DNA from: Salinivirgaceae bacterium
Lineage (GTDB): Bacteria > Bacteroidota > Bacteroidia > Bacteroidales > SZUA-534
Reading direction: 5' to 3'
Length of the DNA: 64,000 nucleotides
NCBI GenBank assembly: GCA_017551905.1
Contig: JAFZKK010000161.1
Coordinates: forward strand, 127 to 64,126
Shown here: one piece after another, positions 28,126-38,034 of the stretch
How the letters are laid out: each line of letters starts with the position of its first letter
Position numbering within the stretch: the stretch's first letter is position 1
The notes under the pieces: model-generated
Seen by the model: the letters and a program-made list of their open reading frames with translations, nothing else
Told to the model about the DNA's origin: nothing
The model's database searches: none
Made by a program: the position numbers and the translations under genes

Positions 28126-30765
28126 ATGATTGTGAAAAAGATACTTTCTTTTTTGAGTTTGTGTCTGATAATGACACAGATGCAGGCGCAGGACAAAACC
28201 TACAAGCAATGGTTTCAAGAGGCTCAGGAGTATATGCTCTATGAGGATTATGACAAAGCGTTGAAAAAATATCAAAGCATTGAGAACCGTGGTTGGCTTA
28301 ACGCAAACATATCGTTCGGCATCGGTGTGTGCTACATGAACATCAACAACCAAAACCAGCAAGCCATTCCGTACTTGCTGAAAGCCACGGCCAACACCAG
28401 CGCCACATACAAAGAGGGTAACTACAAGGAGCAAGCGGCGCCCGAGGAGGCTTGGTTCTATCTTGGAAAAGCCTATCGACTTAATGGTGAGTACGAAAAC
28501 GCCATCAAAGCTTATTCCGAATTTAAGGTGCGCAGTAGTGCCGCCGACGTCTATTTCAACGATTTTCTTGATGTGCAGATTCAGTCGTGCAGCATAGCGC
28601 AAACGCAGATGGCCAATCCGCTGCCTATCGATTTTTCGAAAGCCGGTTTCGCTCTCACACGCGAGGAATGCTATTTTCCGGCGGTGGCTGGCGATGGCAA
28701 ATCGGTTGTGTTCACATCGTATCAGGAGGTGCGCGACCCGTACACTGGCGAGAAAGACTTCTTTGAGCTGATTTATTACGCCACATGCGACGATGAAGGC
28801 AACTGGTCGAAGCCAAAGGAGATAACCTACGATATCGCTTCGGATGGAAACTACGAGACAGCCTCTCTCTCTTTCCATGGCGACATGATGATTCTCTATC
28901 GCGATGACTATGGTAACGGCAACCTCTACTACTCAATGAATAAAGGTGGAAAATGGGGTGAGATTCAGAAATTTCCGAAGGTGATTAACTCGAAATATAA
29001 CGAGACACACGGCAGCTTGTCGCCCGATGGCAAATCGCTCTTTTTTGTGAGCGACCGTCCCGGTGGACAAGGCGGACGCGATGTCTATCGTTCGTATCTC
29101 GACATAAACGGCAACTGGACGCAGCCCGTCAATCTTGGTCCCGTCATCAACACTCCGTTTGACGAGGATGCCGCTTTCCTGACCACCGATAGCAAAACGC
29201 TGTTCTTTGTGTCGGAGGGCCACGCAAGCATGGGCGGATTCGACCTTTTCAAGTCGGTGGTGGAGCAAAACGGCTCGTGGACTGAGCCGCAAAACCTCGG
29301 CTTCCCAATCAACTCGCCTTACGACGATGTTTACTATTGTCCTGTAGGCGATGGTTCTACAGGCTATATGAACCGCTATCCTGACGATGGTGGCGCTAAG
29401 AAAGAGATGTTCCTGGTAAGGCCGCTTATGGCACAGCAACCGTATGCCGAAGAGCCGGTCTACACACCTGAGCCCGAACCCGAGCCGGAGCCGGTGGCCG
29501 AAGTTACCGAACCGACACCTGCACCGACCGACACCTACACTCCCGAGCCGGAGCCAGCACCCGTTTACACGCCGACGTATCCTTCGGAATATAATCTGAA
29601 AGGAAAAATCACGCTTCAGGACAACAAAGATTTGAACGAGACTTTCTATGTTCATGTGGCTGACAACAGCGGCAAAGTGGTGGCCGCACTCAGCCCTGAT
29701 GTTACAAACGGCGAGTTCTTGACAAAACTGAAGTCGGGCAGCTATAAGATAATGGCTTACGGTGACGGTTATCAGCCTGCCGAGGCGCATATCTACATAT
29801 CGCCTGAGGAGTTGAACCCCGATGTTACATCGTATATTACAATGATTCCGACGGCTGTGAGCACGGGCGAGTGCTATTCGATAAAGAGCATCTTGTTCGA
29901 TGACAACAGCTCGCGCCTGAACCACGACGCGCAAGTTGAGGTTGAGCGCTTGTTCTTGCTGATGAAAAACAACCCCGGACTGACTCTTGAGGTTGACGGA
30001 AACACCGACGACCGTGGCACCGATGATTACAACCAGCGTCTGTCGGTTTTGCGCGCCCGTGAGGTAGTCAACTATCTGACACGCAAAGGAATAGCCGAAA
30101 GCCGATTTGTGATTAAAGGCTTGGGCAAGAGCAATTTTGTAGCCGTAAACGACAATCCGGAAGGCCGCGCGCTCAACCGCCGTGTTGATTTGAAAGTGCT
30201 GAACCCGAGCGGCGCCAATGTTGTGGTTGAAGGCATCTACGTTCCCGATGAGCTGAAATACCGCGACCAGATAACCTACACCATTTGGATTACCGAGTCG
30301 AGCAAGCCGCTGCCGCCGGCTAAGTTCCGTGATATCAACAATGTATGGATTTTCCCGTCGGACGACGGCAAGCACTATATGTACACCTTCGGTCTGTTCA
30401 AACATCAGGCTGAGGCCATTCAGATGACCGGCAAGATTGTTGACGCTGGATTCACCGACGCACACGTGATAAGCAGCATCGAGTATAACCAGATTGTGCA
30501 GAAGGGCAGCAGTGTCTATAAATCGAAAATGGCCGACCCCGACAAAAACACATACACAATACAGATTCTGGCTGTCACTCAGCCTGTTGCCAACTCGCGC
30601 TTCCGCGGACTGTTCGATGTTGAGATGCACAAGGGCACCGACGGTTACTATCGCTACACTTGGGGCGAGTTTATCGGTAAACCATCGGCACGGCAGGCGC
30701 TTGAGGACATCTTGGCCAAAGGCTTCACCGACGCCTTTATTGTAAATGTTGACAAATTCGAGTAG
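28126..30765 (+). CDS. Large OmpA-family protein (TPR, TolB-like beta-propeller repeats, Pro/Glu linker, OmpA-like domain, two SPOR-like repeats)
   Basis: Signal peptide. TPR-like N-terminus. WD40-like PD40 repeats (SLSPDGKSLFFVSDRPGGQGGRDVY..). PEPEPEPEP linker. OmpA motif NTDDRGTDDYNQRLSVLRAREV..GRALNRRVD. Two C-terminal SPOR-like units. Confidence 0.8.
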   Translation: MIVKKILSFLSLCLIMTQMQAQDKTYKQWFQEAQEYMLYEDYDKALKKYQSIENRGWLNANISFGIGVCYMNINNQNQQAIPYLLKATANTSATYKEGNYKEQAAPEEAWFYLGKAYRLNGEYENAIKAYSEFKVRSSAADVYFNDFLDVQIQSCSIAQTQMANPLPIDFSKAGFALTREECYFPAVAGDGKSVVFTSYQEVRDPYTGEKDFFELIYYATCDDEGNWSKPKEITYDIASDGNYETASLSFHGDMMILYRDDYGNGNLYYSMNKGGKWGEIQKFPKVINSKYNETHGSLSPDGKSLFFVSDRPGGQGGRDVYRSYLDINGNWTQPVNLGPVINTPFDEDAAFLTTDSKTLFFVSEGHASMGGFDLFKSVVEQNGSWTEPQNLGFPINSPYDDVYYCPVGDGSTGYMNRYPDDGGAKKEMFLVRPLMAQQPYAEEPVYTPEPEPEPEPVAEVTEPTPAPTDTYTPEPEPAPVYTPTYPSEYNLKGKITLQDNKDLNETFYVHVADNSGKVVAALSPDVTNGEFLTKLKSGSYKIMAYGDGYQPAEAHIYISPEELNPDVTSYITMIPTAVSTGECYSIKSILFDDNSSRLNHDAQVEVERLFLLMKNNPGLTLEVDGNTDDRGTDDYNQRLSVLRAREVVNYLTRKGIAESRFVIKGLGKSNFVAVNDNPEGRALNRRVDLKVLNPSGANVVVEGIYVPDELKYRDQITYTIWITESSKPLPPAKFRDINNVWIFPSDDGKHYMYTFGLFKHQAEAIQMTGKIVDAGFTDAHVISSIEYNQIVQKGSSVYKSKMADPDKNTYTIQILAVTQPVANSRFRGLFDVEMHKGTDGYYRYTWGEFIGKPSARQALEDILAKGFTDAFIVNVDKFE

Positions 30766-31293
30766 ATGCTTGAAAACGATGTGATTAGGTTGCGTGCTGT
30801 TGAGCCGGAAGACCTTGAGTTTCTGTATCAATGCGAGAACAACACTGAGATATGGCGATGCGGCAGCACCACAGTGCCATACTCGCGTTTCGCGCTCAAG
30901 CAATACATCGCTGAAACGCAGAACGACATCTACACCGACAAGCAACTGCGGCTGATTATCTGTTTGAAAACCAACCCGAAAGAAGCTATTGGCGCTGTCG
31001 ATTTATTCGATTTCGACCCGTATCATCAGCGCGCTGCGGTTGGCATTGTCATTCATCGGGCTGAAAACCAACGGCATGGATATGCGCAGCAAAGTCTCGA
31101 TTTGATTATCGACTACAGTTTCAGCTTTCTGCATCTGCACCAGCTGCACTGCGTCATTGCCGCCGACAATCAGAAAAGCATCGACCTGTTTACGAAAGCC
31201 GGATTTGCGGAGTGCGGCAGGCGAGCCGAATGGCTGAAAACGGCTAACGGATACACCGACGAATTGGAGTTTCAGCTCATCAATCACAAATAA
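30766..31293 (+). CDS. GNAT family N-acetyltransferase (RimJ/RimL-like)
   Basis: 175-aa ORF. IRLRAVEPEDLEFLYQCENN.. N-terminus and an acetyl-CoA-binding-type core (QRHGYAQQSL). Confidence 0.75.
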   Translation: MLENDVIRLRAVEPEDLEFLYQCENNTEIWRCGSTTVPYSRFALKQYIAETQNDIYTDKQLRLIICLKTNPKEAIGAVDLFDFDPYHQRAAVGIVIHRAENQRHGYAQQSLDLIIDYSFSFLHLHQLHCVIAADNQKSIDLFTKAGFAECGRRAEWLKTANGYTDELEFQLINHK

Positions 31294-31304
31294 AACCGCT
31301 TCGG

Positions 31305-32306
31305 ATGTCGGCTCTGAAGACAAATCTGTTTTTGTTTTTCCGTCTGTTGCGGACCTTGACAATACGCCGGTTGTGGAACAGCCTCGGCATTCGGGTTTGG
31401 CGTTTTATGAAGACAGGAGAGGTGAGGACAATGCCCGAGTCGCTGTCGGTGGAGCCGGCCTCGGTGTGCAACCTGCGCTGTCCGGAATGTAAGCTCGGCA
31501 ACGGCGGACTTACGCGCCCCGCCAATATGATGACTGCCGAGACCTTTGTGAATGCCTTGGAGCCGCTTAGCCGCTGGCTTGTATGCTGTCAGTTCTATCT
31601 TCAAGGTGAACCGACAATGAGCTCGCAACTCTGCCAGATGATTGAACAGGCGCATCGCAAGCGCATCTTCACCATGACATCGACCAACGGCCAGACGCTT
31701 ACGCCCGAGCTTTGCCGGAGCCTTGTGCAGTCAGGCCTCGACCAGATAATTGTCTCAGTTGACGGTACTACGCAGGAGGTGTATAATCAATACCGCGTGG
31801 GCGGAAGTCTGCAAAAAGCCATCGACGCCATCCGTAATCTGACGGCCGCCCGCAACGAGCTCCAAAAGCGCAATCCGGCAATAGTGGTGCAGTTCATAGT
31901 CTTCCGCCACAACGAGCACCAGATAGCCGATATTAAACGACTTGCAAAGGAGTGGGGAGCTGACAAGGTGGTGCTGAAATCGGCACAGATTGAGAACCTT
32001 GACAACGCTGCGCAGTTGCTGCCGCAGAACCAGCGATACAGCCGATATAAGAAAGATGCTGACGACAACTATTTCATACCCAAGCGTTTCCCCATTAATT
32101 GTTTCCGCTTACGTCAGACAATGGTTGTCGATTCGAGCGGCAATGTTCTGCCTTGTTGCTACGACAAAAACGGACAGTATGCCATAGAAAATGTGAACGA
32201 GCAATCGTCTGCCGATATTTGGAAAAGCCAGAAATTCAACTTTTTCCGCCAAGCGATATGGCGTGGCAAAATGCCACCTGACATTTGCCGGAATTGCATT
32301 GGGTAA
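31305..32306 (+). CDS. Radical SAM / SPASM domain protein
   Basis: CxxxCxxC cluster motif (CNLRCPEC) and a Cys-rich C-terminal SPASM-like region (LPCCYDKNG..PPDICRNC). The exact start is uncertain. Confidence 0.75.
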   Translation: MSALKTNLFLFFRLLRTLTIRRLWNSLGIRVWRFMKTGEVRTMPESLSVEPASVCNLRCPECKLGNGGLTRPANMMTAETFVNALEPLSRWLVCCQFYLQGEPTMSSQLCQMIEQAHRKRIFTMTSTNGQTLTPELCRSLVQSGLDQIIVSVDGTTQEVYNQYRVGGSLQKAIDAIRNLTAARNELQKRNPAIVVQFIVFRHNEHQIADIKRLAKEWGADKVVLKSAQIENLDNAAQLLPQNQRYSRYKKDADDNYFIPKRFPINCFRLRQTMVVDSSGNVLPCCYDKNGQYAIENVNEQSSADIWKSQKFNFFRQAIWRGKMPPDICRNCIG

Positions 32307-33337
32307 AGAGCATTGAATCCGTTCAATCTGACAAAATTATTTGTTCCTTTGCGCCTCATTTATCAGCATTTCGAGTGAGGAGTATTGTCAGATTTGTGAA
32401 AGATTGGGCGCTGCCGATAATCATGTTGAGCGGCATTGTGTCGTACTTTGTTTTTGTGCGGCTGCCGCTGCCGGCATCGGTGCACCATGCTGCCAACCGT
32501 GTTGTCGCCATTGTGCAGCCAGCGTTGCTGTTCTGTATGCTTTTCATCTCGTTTTGCAAGATTGACCCGGCAAAAATCCGTCCGCGCCGCTGGCACCTGT
32601 GGCTGGCATTGATACAAGCCGGAGCATTCATCGCGCTGTCGTTGGTTTTCCGGTTTGTGGGCAATGCCGAAGCGCAGATTGTGATACAATGCGCCATGAT
32701 TTGCCTCATCTGCCCCACGGCCACCGCCGCCGTTGTCATTACCGACAAGCTCGGCGGCAACACGCTCACACTTATCGCCTACACCATCATCAGCAACATG
32801 GTGACGGCAGTTGTTGTGCCGGCGTTCATCCCGTTTGTCAATCCGGCTATCGGCAACAGCTTCTGGCATTCGTTCTTTATCATTGTAAAACAGATTTTTC
32901 CGCTGTTGGTGTTCCCGTTCCTTCTGGCGTGGATTGTGCGGCTCTTGTTCCCCAAGTTGCTGCAACTGATTACCAGTGTCAAAGATTTGGCCTTCTACCT
33001 GTGGATGGTGGCTCTGGCGCTTGCTTTGGCCGTAACCACACGGGCGCTGGTGCATAGCGGAATATCGGTGTGGTGCTTTATGTTGATATTGGTTATCACG
33101 CTGATTTGCTGTGTTTTGCAATTCTTTATCGGCAAACGCATAGGTGGCCGCTACAACGACCGCATCAGCGGCGGACAGGCTCTTGGACAGAAAAACACCG
33201 TCTTCATCATCTGGACGGCCTACACCTTTATGAATCCCGTGACAGCCGTCGCTGGCGGATTTTACAGCATCTGGCACAACACTATCAATTCCTATCAGCT
33301 GTATAAGAAACGGAAAGCGAACACTGCCGCCAAATAG
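32285..33337 (+). CDS. Bile acid:sodium symporter (BASS/SBF)-like membrane transporter
   Basis: Polytopic membrane protein. CPTATAAVVITDKLGGNTLTLIAYTIISNM resembles the BASS signature region. The start codon is uncertain because the ORF 5' end overlaps the previous gene. Confidence 0.5.
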   Translation: MPELHWVKSIESVQSDKIICSFAPHLSAFRVRSIVRFVKDWALPIIMLSGIVSYFVFVRLPLPASVHHAANRVVAIVQPALLFCMLFISFCKIDPAKIRPRRWHLWLALIQAGAFIALSLVFRFVGNAEAQIVIQCAMICLICPTATAAVVITDKLGGNTLTLIAYTIISNMVTAVVVPAFIPFVNPAIGNSFWHSFFIIVKQIFPLLVFPFLLAWIVRLLFPKLLQLITSVKDLAFYLWMVALALALAVTTRALVHSGISVWCFMLILVITLICCVLQFFIGKRIGGRYNDRISGGQALGQKNTVFIIWTAYTFMNPVTAVAGGFYSIWHNTINSYQLYKKRKANTAAK

Positions 33338-33475
33338 TGTGTTCGGCATCGAACTAAACGGTCTGTAATTCAATCTTTTATCAAGATTATTGCAATCTTT
33401 TTATCTTCTATTTGCATTTTTTGAAATAAAAAACGAATTTTGGAAAAAGTACGAAAGTCTCAAACGTTATTGATA

Positions 33476-36400
33476 ATGAGAAATATACGATTCGTTTGCG
33501 TGATATTGTCGCTTTTGTTTGCGGCGGGTTGTGGCAACAAGCATAAAACCATAACCAAGACCGACAAAAACGGATTCAAATATCAGATTGTCACAAACGA
33601 CCCATACAAACTGCGCGTCTATACGCTCGACAACGGGCTGAAAGTTTATCTGTCGGTGAACAGCAACGAGCCCCGCATACAGACATACGTTGCCGTAAAA
33701 GCCGGCTCAACCTACGACCCCACCGACAATACCGGTCTGGCGCATTACCTTGAGCATCTGATGTTTAAAGGTTCGAGTCGGATGGGCACCATAAATTGGG
33801 AGGCCGAGAAACCATTTCTCGATTCGATTGAAAGCCTTTACGAGAAACACAAATACGAACCTACCGAGAAAGGTCGAAAACTCATTTACCGCAGCATTGA
33901 CAGTCTTTCGAACATTGCAGCGCGCTACGCCGCACCAAACGAGTACGATAAATTGCTGGCCAATATTGGTGCGGACGTGGTGAACGCCTACACCTCAACC
34001 GAGCGCACCCTTTACCATAGCGACATTCCGTCCAACGAGCTGGAGCGATGGCTGCAGATAGAGTCGGAGCGTATGTTCGACATGCAGATGCGTCTGTTCC
34101 ATACAGAGCTTGAGTCGGTTTACGAGGAGTTTAACAAAAACCAGGACGATGATGAAATGAAAGCCTACGACGCTTTTCTTGCCAAGCTTTTCCCGACGCA
34201 TCCCTACGGACAACAGACGGTTTTGGGCAAGGCCGAGCACCTGAAAAAGCCCTCGATGGTGAGCATTAAAAAATACTATCACAAATACTACGTGCCTAAC
34301 AACATGGCCGTATGTCTGGCTGGCGACTTCAATCCTGACGAGGCAATCTGCCTGATAAACAGATATTTTGGCAACCGCCCAAGCAACCCTGTTGAGGGTG
34401 TTCAGTTTGCGCCCGAGCAACCGATGACCGCCAACGTTGACACCAGCGTTTATGGTCCGCAAGCCGAAATGCTGCTTATGGGTTACCGTTTTGGCGGCGT
34501 CAGCACCGATGACAACAAGATGATGACGCTCATAAGCTACATGCTGCAAAACGGCCGCGCCGGACTTATCGATGCAGATTTGATTCAGAAACAAAAAATA
34601 CTTGACGCCCAAATATGGCTCGAAATCAACAACGACTATTCCGACATGATGATTGTGGCCCTTCCCGTTCAGGACCAGAAACTTGAAGACGTTCGCGATA
34701 TGCTTTTGGCCGAAATCGAAAAATTGAAAAACGGCGAGTTCGACGAATGGCTGATTAAGGCGTGCATCAACAATCTGAAACTCGATGAGATAGATAATCA
34801 AATTGAACGTAGCGAATCTGCACACATTTTTGCGCAGACTTTCACTCAGAATGTCCGCTGGCAAAACTATCTGCAATTTAATGACGACCTTGCCAAAATA
34901 AGCAAGAGCGACATTGTGGAGTTCGCCAAGACACATTTCGACTACTATGCCGCCGCATATAAGCGCTCAGGTATCGACACCAACACCGTGAAGGTCGACA
35001 AGCCGCAGATAACACCGTTGCCGCCGCAAAGCGATACTATGTCGGCGTTTGCCAACCGCATCGTTAATATCAAAACCGAGAATATCAAACCGCAGTTCAT
35101 CAATTTCAAAACGGCTGTCAAGACGCAACAGTTGGACAAAAACGTGGGGCTCGGTTACATCAAAAACACGCAGTCGCAGAAGTTTGAGCTGGAGTATATC
35201 TTCGAAATGGGCCGCGACAACAGCCTGCTGCTCGAATTGGCAGGCAGCTATCTGCCGCTCATCGGAACAGAAAAATATTCGGCGGAGCAACTTCAGCAGG
35301 AGTTGTTCAGCTTGGGCCTGAGTTTCGACATCAGCGTTCAAGACCGCCGCACTTTCATCGGGATATCGGGACTTGAAGACAACGTGGAGAAAGGCGTTGC
35401 GCTGCTTGAGGATATTCTTGCCAACGCCAAGCCTGACACTTCGGTTTATGCCGATTTTATAAGCCAGATTGAGCAAAACCGCGACATGGCCAAAAAGTCG
35501 CAAACGATAATAAAGCACGCAATGGGGAACTATGCCAAATACGGCCCAAAATCGGCTTTCACAAACGTGCTTAAGATAAGCGACATTGCCGCTATGCAGC
35601 CCGACTCGCTTACCAATTTGATACACTCGCTCGAGAGCTATCCGCACAGCATTTTCTACTACGGGCAGAAATCGGAGAGCGAGATTGCCCACATCTTGAA
35701 ACGTCACCACAAGGCGTCGGCGGCGCATGAGGAGATACCCGCACCGGCAGTTTATGCCGAAAGAGATTTGAAGAACGAGGTCTATTTTGTCGATTTCGAT
35801 ATGGTTCAGGCCATGATAACGGTGTTGACGAAAACCGGAAAGTTCGAGCCGGATATTATTCCTTTCAACGAGTTCTTCAACGAATTTTACAGCGGCAACA
35901 TGTCGTCGGTGTTCTTCCAAGACATTCGTGAGTTGAAAGGTCTTGCCTACAGCACCAGCTCAAACATTAACATCCCCAACTACAGCGGCGACTCGTTCTA
36001 CAACTTGTCGAATGTGGCCACGCAGTTCGATAAGATGCAAAGCGCCACCGACGAGGTGCTATACCTACTCAACAACCGTTATAACTCCGATATGCAGTTC
36101 GAATCGGCTCGAAACGCCATTCAGAAGAAGATTGAAAGCGGAAGGATAATAGGCTCCGACATTTATGCCCACTTGTTGATTAACAACGATTTGAATATCG
36201 ATTATGACATCCGCAAGAAGGTATATGATAAGATGCAGACACTCACTCAGGACGAATTCTTCGACTTCTTTGAGAAAAACATAAGCCGCCAGCCAAAGAC
36301 GGTTTTGGTGCTTGGCAACCGCAATCTTATCGATATGAAAGCGCTTAGCAAATACGGAAAAGTAACTGAGCTGACGCTTGAGCAGGTGTTCGGCTACTAA
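33476..36400 (+). CDS. M16 family (insulinase/pitrilysin-like) zinc peptidase, lipoprotein
   Basis: Lipobox MRNIRFVCVILSLLFAAGC|GNK and the inverted zinc motif HYLEHLMFKGS (HxxEH). About 970 aa, a two-module M16 layout. Start chosen at ATG 33476. Confidence 0.85.
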   Translation: MRNIRFVCVILSLLFAAGCGNKHKTITKTDKNGFKYQIVTNDPYKLRVYTLDNGLKVYLSVNSNEPRIQTYVAVKAGSTYDPTDNTGLAHYLEHLMFKGSSRMGTINWEAEKPFLDSIESLYEKHKYEPTEKGRKLIYRSIDSLSNIAARYAAPNEYDKLLANIGADVVNAYTSTERTLYHSDIPSNELERWLQIESERMFDMQMRLFHTELESVYEEFNKNQDDDEMKAYDAFLAKLFPTHPYGQQTVLGKAEHLKKPSMVSIKKYYHKYYVPNNMAVCLAGDFNPDEAICLINRYFGNRPSNPVEGVQFAPEQPMTANVDTSVYGPQAEMLLMGYRFGGVSTDDNKMMTLISYMLQNGRAGLIDADLIQKQKILDAQIWLEINNDYSDMMIVALPVQDQKLEDVRDMLLAEIEKLKNGEFDEWLIKACINNLKLDEIDNQIERSESAHIFAQTFTQNVRWQNYLQFNDDLAKISKSDIVEFAKTHFDYYAAAYKRSGIDTNTVKVDKPQITPLPPQSDTMSAFANRIVNIKTENIKPQFINFKTAVKTQQLDKNVGLGYIKNTQSQKFELEYIFEMGRDNSLLLELAGSYLPLIGTEKYSAEQLQQELFSLGLSFDISVQDRRTFIGISGLEDNVEKGVALLEDILANAKPDTSVYADFISQIEQNRDMAKKSQTIIKHAMGNYAKYGPKSAFTNVLKISDIAAMQPDSLTNLIHSLESYPHSIFYYGQKSESEIAHILKRHHKASAAHEEIPAPAVYAERDLKNEVYFVDFDMVQAMITVLTKTGKFEPDIIPFNEFFNEFYSGNMSSVFFQDIRELKGLAYSTSSNINIPNYSGDSFYNLSNVATQFDKMQSATDEVLYLLNNRYNSDMQFESARNAIQKKIESGRIIGSDIYAHLLINNDLNIDYDIRKKVYDKMQTLTQDEFFDFFEKNISRQPKTVLVLGNRNLIDMKALSKYGKVTELTLEQVFGY

Positions 36401-37170
36401 ATGTAGTTGGCCGGGTTGTTGGCTTGCGGCTCGTTGGCAAACGCTATCTCCTTGAACCAAAACAGTCTCTCGCCGTCGTTCTCGGTGGCTATGTGCAGCC
36501 GTCCGTTGGCTTCAACATTTGTTATTTTTCCGTTGATAACGGAGCCGTCGGCGGTACGGAAGCTGTAAACGCCGTTGGTGCGGTAGAGACGCGCAAAATA
36601 AGCCTCGTCAATCTGTTCCTCCCAGCCGTCGGCAAGCATCTGATACCACACGTCAATCTGGTTGAGCAGCTCGTGCAGTTCGGCCTGCACATCAAATTTC
36701 CGCCCGAAAATGTTGAACAGCGAGACAGGGTTGGGAGCGTCGCTGATGAACGTCTCCTGATTCACGTTCAGCCCAATGCCGACAATTGAATAGACGATGT
36801 TGCCGCCCATAAGCTGATTCTCAATCAGCACGCCGCAAATCTTCTTGTCGTTGTAATAGATGTCGTTTGGCCATTTTATCTTGAAGCCGTCGCCTTTTGC
36901 GCTTAAATAGTCGGCAATGCCCAGCGATACAGCTTTCGAAATCAGAAACATACGGTCGGCTTTCAGAAACTCGGGACGCAGCAGCAGGCTCATGGTGATG
37001 TTCTGTCCGGGCTGGCTCTCCCAAAAGGCGCCCATCTGTCCGCGGCCGCCCGTCTGCGCCACAGCCACAACCGTGTAACCCTCAGGCAGCGACTCCTTGT
37101 CGGCAAGCGTCTTCAGAAGCTCGTTTGTCGATATGGTCTCACTCACCTTGTCAATCTTGAAGTCAATCAT
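36397..37170 (-). CDS. birA: Biotin--[acetyl-CoA-carboxylase] ligase
   Basis: GRGQMGAFWES (GRGRxGRxW-type biotin-binding loop), KWPNDIY and GIGLNVN motifs. 257 aa with no N-terminal HTH (group I type). Confidence 0.85.
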   Translation of the reverse strand: MIDFKIDKVSETISTNELLKTLADKESLPEGYTVVAVAQTGGRGQMGAFWESQPGQNITMSLLLRPEFLKADRMFLISKAVSLGIADYLSAKGDGFKIKWPNDIYYNDKKICGVLIENQLMGGNIVYSIVGIGLNVNQETFISDAPNPVSLFNIFGRKFDVQAELHELLNQIDVWYQMLADGWEEQIDEAYFARLYRTNGVYSFRTADGSVINGKITNVEANGRLHIATENDGERLFWFKEIAFANEPQANNPANYI

Positions 37171-37377
37171 GTTGTTAGTTATTAGTTACAAGTGATAAGG
37201 TACAAGTTACAAGTGATAAGTTATTAGGCATAAGGCATAAGGCAAAAGGCATAAGAAATTAGGAATTACGAGCAAACAACAAGTTGATAATCAAGCCATT
37301 AATCTTTAATCATTAAACATTAATCTCTAAACTTCTAATCCTCTAAACTTTAAACTTTTAAACTTTAAACTTTCAAC
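37171..37377. repeat. Short-period degenerate tandem repeat spacer
   Basis: ttacaagtgataag x2, ggcataa ggcataa ggcaaaa ggcataa, taatc/ttaaac words, and ctaaactttaaacttttaaactttaaactttc. It fills the entire 207-bp spacer between birA and the response regulator gene. Confidence 0.65.
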
Positions 37378-38031
37378 TCAAATGCTTATCAGCTTGTTTT
37401 TTATGGCGTAGAGTATCAGGTTTGCGGTGTTTTTTGAGTTGGTTTTGCTCAGCAGATTTGAGCGGTGCTTGTCAACCGTGCGTTTACTGATGAATAGCGA
37501 GTCGGCAATTTCTTGGTTCGACAGACCTTTGCAAATCTCGTTCAGCACCTGCTGCTCGCGTTTCGACAGCGTTGCCATAACCTCCACTTGTTCCTTGTTG
37601 GCATGGAAGCTCTTGATGACGTTGCACAGCAGCTCCTGCGAGAAGTAGCTGTTGCCGCTCATCACCTGTTCAATGGCCTCTTTGACATCGCTTATCTCCG
37701 AATTCTTGAGCAGAAAACCTTTGGCTCCGGCGTTAATCATCCGGTAGTAGTAATCCTCCTCGCCAAACATCGACAGGGCAATGACGCGAATATCGGGCAT
37801 CCGCTCAACGGCAAGGCGAGTGGCCTCAATGCCGTCCATATTGGGCATTCCGATGTCCATCAGCACAATGTCGGGATGTTTTTTAGCGCTCAGCTGCGAC
37901 AGAAAGTCGGCGCCGTCCGAGGCTTCGATTATCACGCTCATGTTAGGCTCGTTGCTCAGCAGCAGCTTAAGGCCGTTGCGGAACAGCACATGGTCGTCGA
38001 CAAGCGCTATTTTGATAATCTCGTTTTTCAT
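37378..38031 (-). CDS. NarL/FixJ (LuxR-type HTH) response regulator
   Basis: Receiver domain (IALVDDHVLFRNG.., DIVLMDIGMPNMDG) plus LuxR HTH (LSKREQQVLNEICKGLSNQEIADSLFISKRTVDKHRSNLLSK). Confidence 0.9.
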   Translation of the reverse strand: MKNEIIKIALVDDHVLFRNGLKLLLSNEPNMSVIIEASDGADFLSQLSAKKHPDIVLMDIGMPNMDGIEATRLAVERMPDIRVIALSMFGEEDYYYRMINAGAKGFLLKNSEISDVKEAIEQVMSGNSYFSQELLCNVIKSFHANKEQVEVMATLSKREQQVLNEICKGLSNQEIADSLFISKRTVDKHRSNLLSKTNSKNTANLILYAIKNKLISI

Positions 38032-38034
38032 CGG

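Noticed and set aside
31305-32306. Radical SAM/SPASM protein as a possible RiPP maturase
   Set aside because: No plausible short precursor ORF, peptidase or exporter is adjacent. The neighbours are a GNAT and a BASS-like transporter in ordinary core context. There is not enough evidence to propose a RiPP cluster.
10734-37377. Considered whether the short tandem-repeat spacers could be CRISPR arrays
   Set aside because: The repeat units are only 6-8 nt, degenerate and contiguous, with no unique spacers. No cas genes are in the window.
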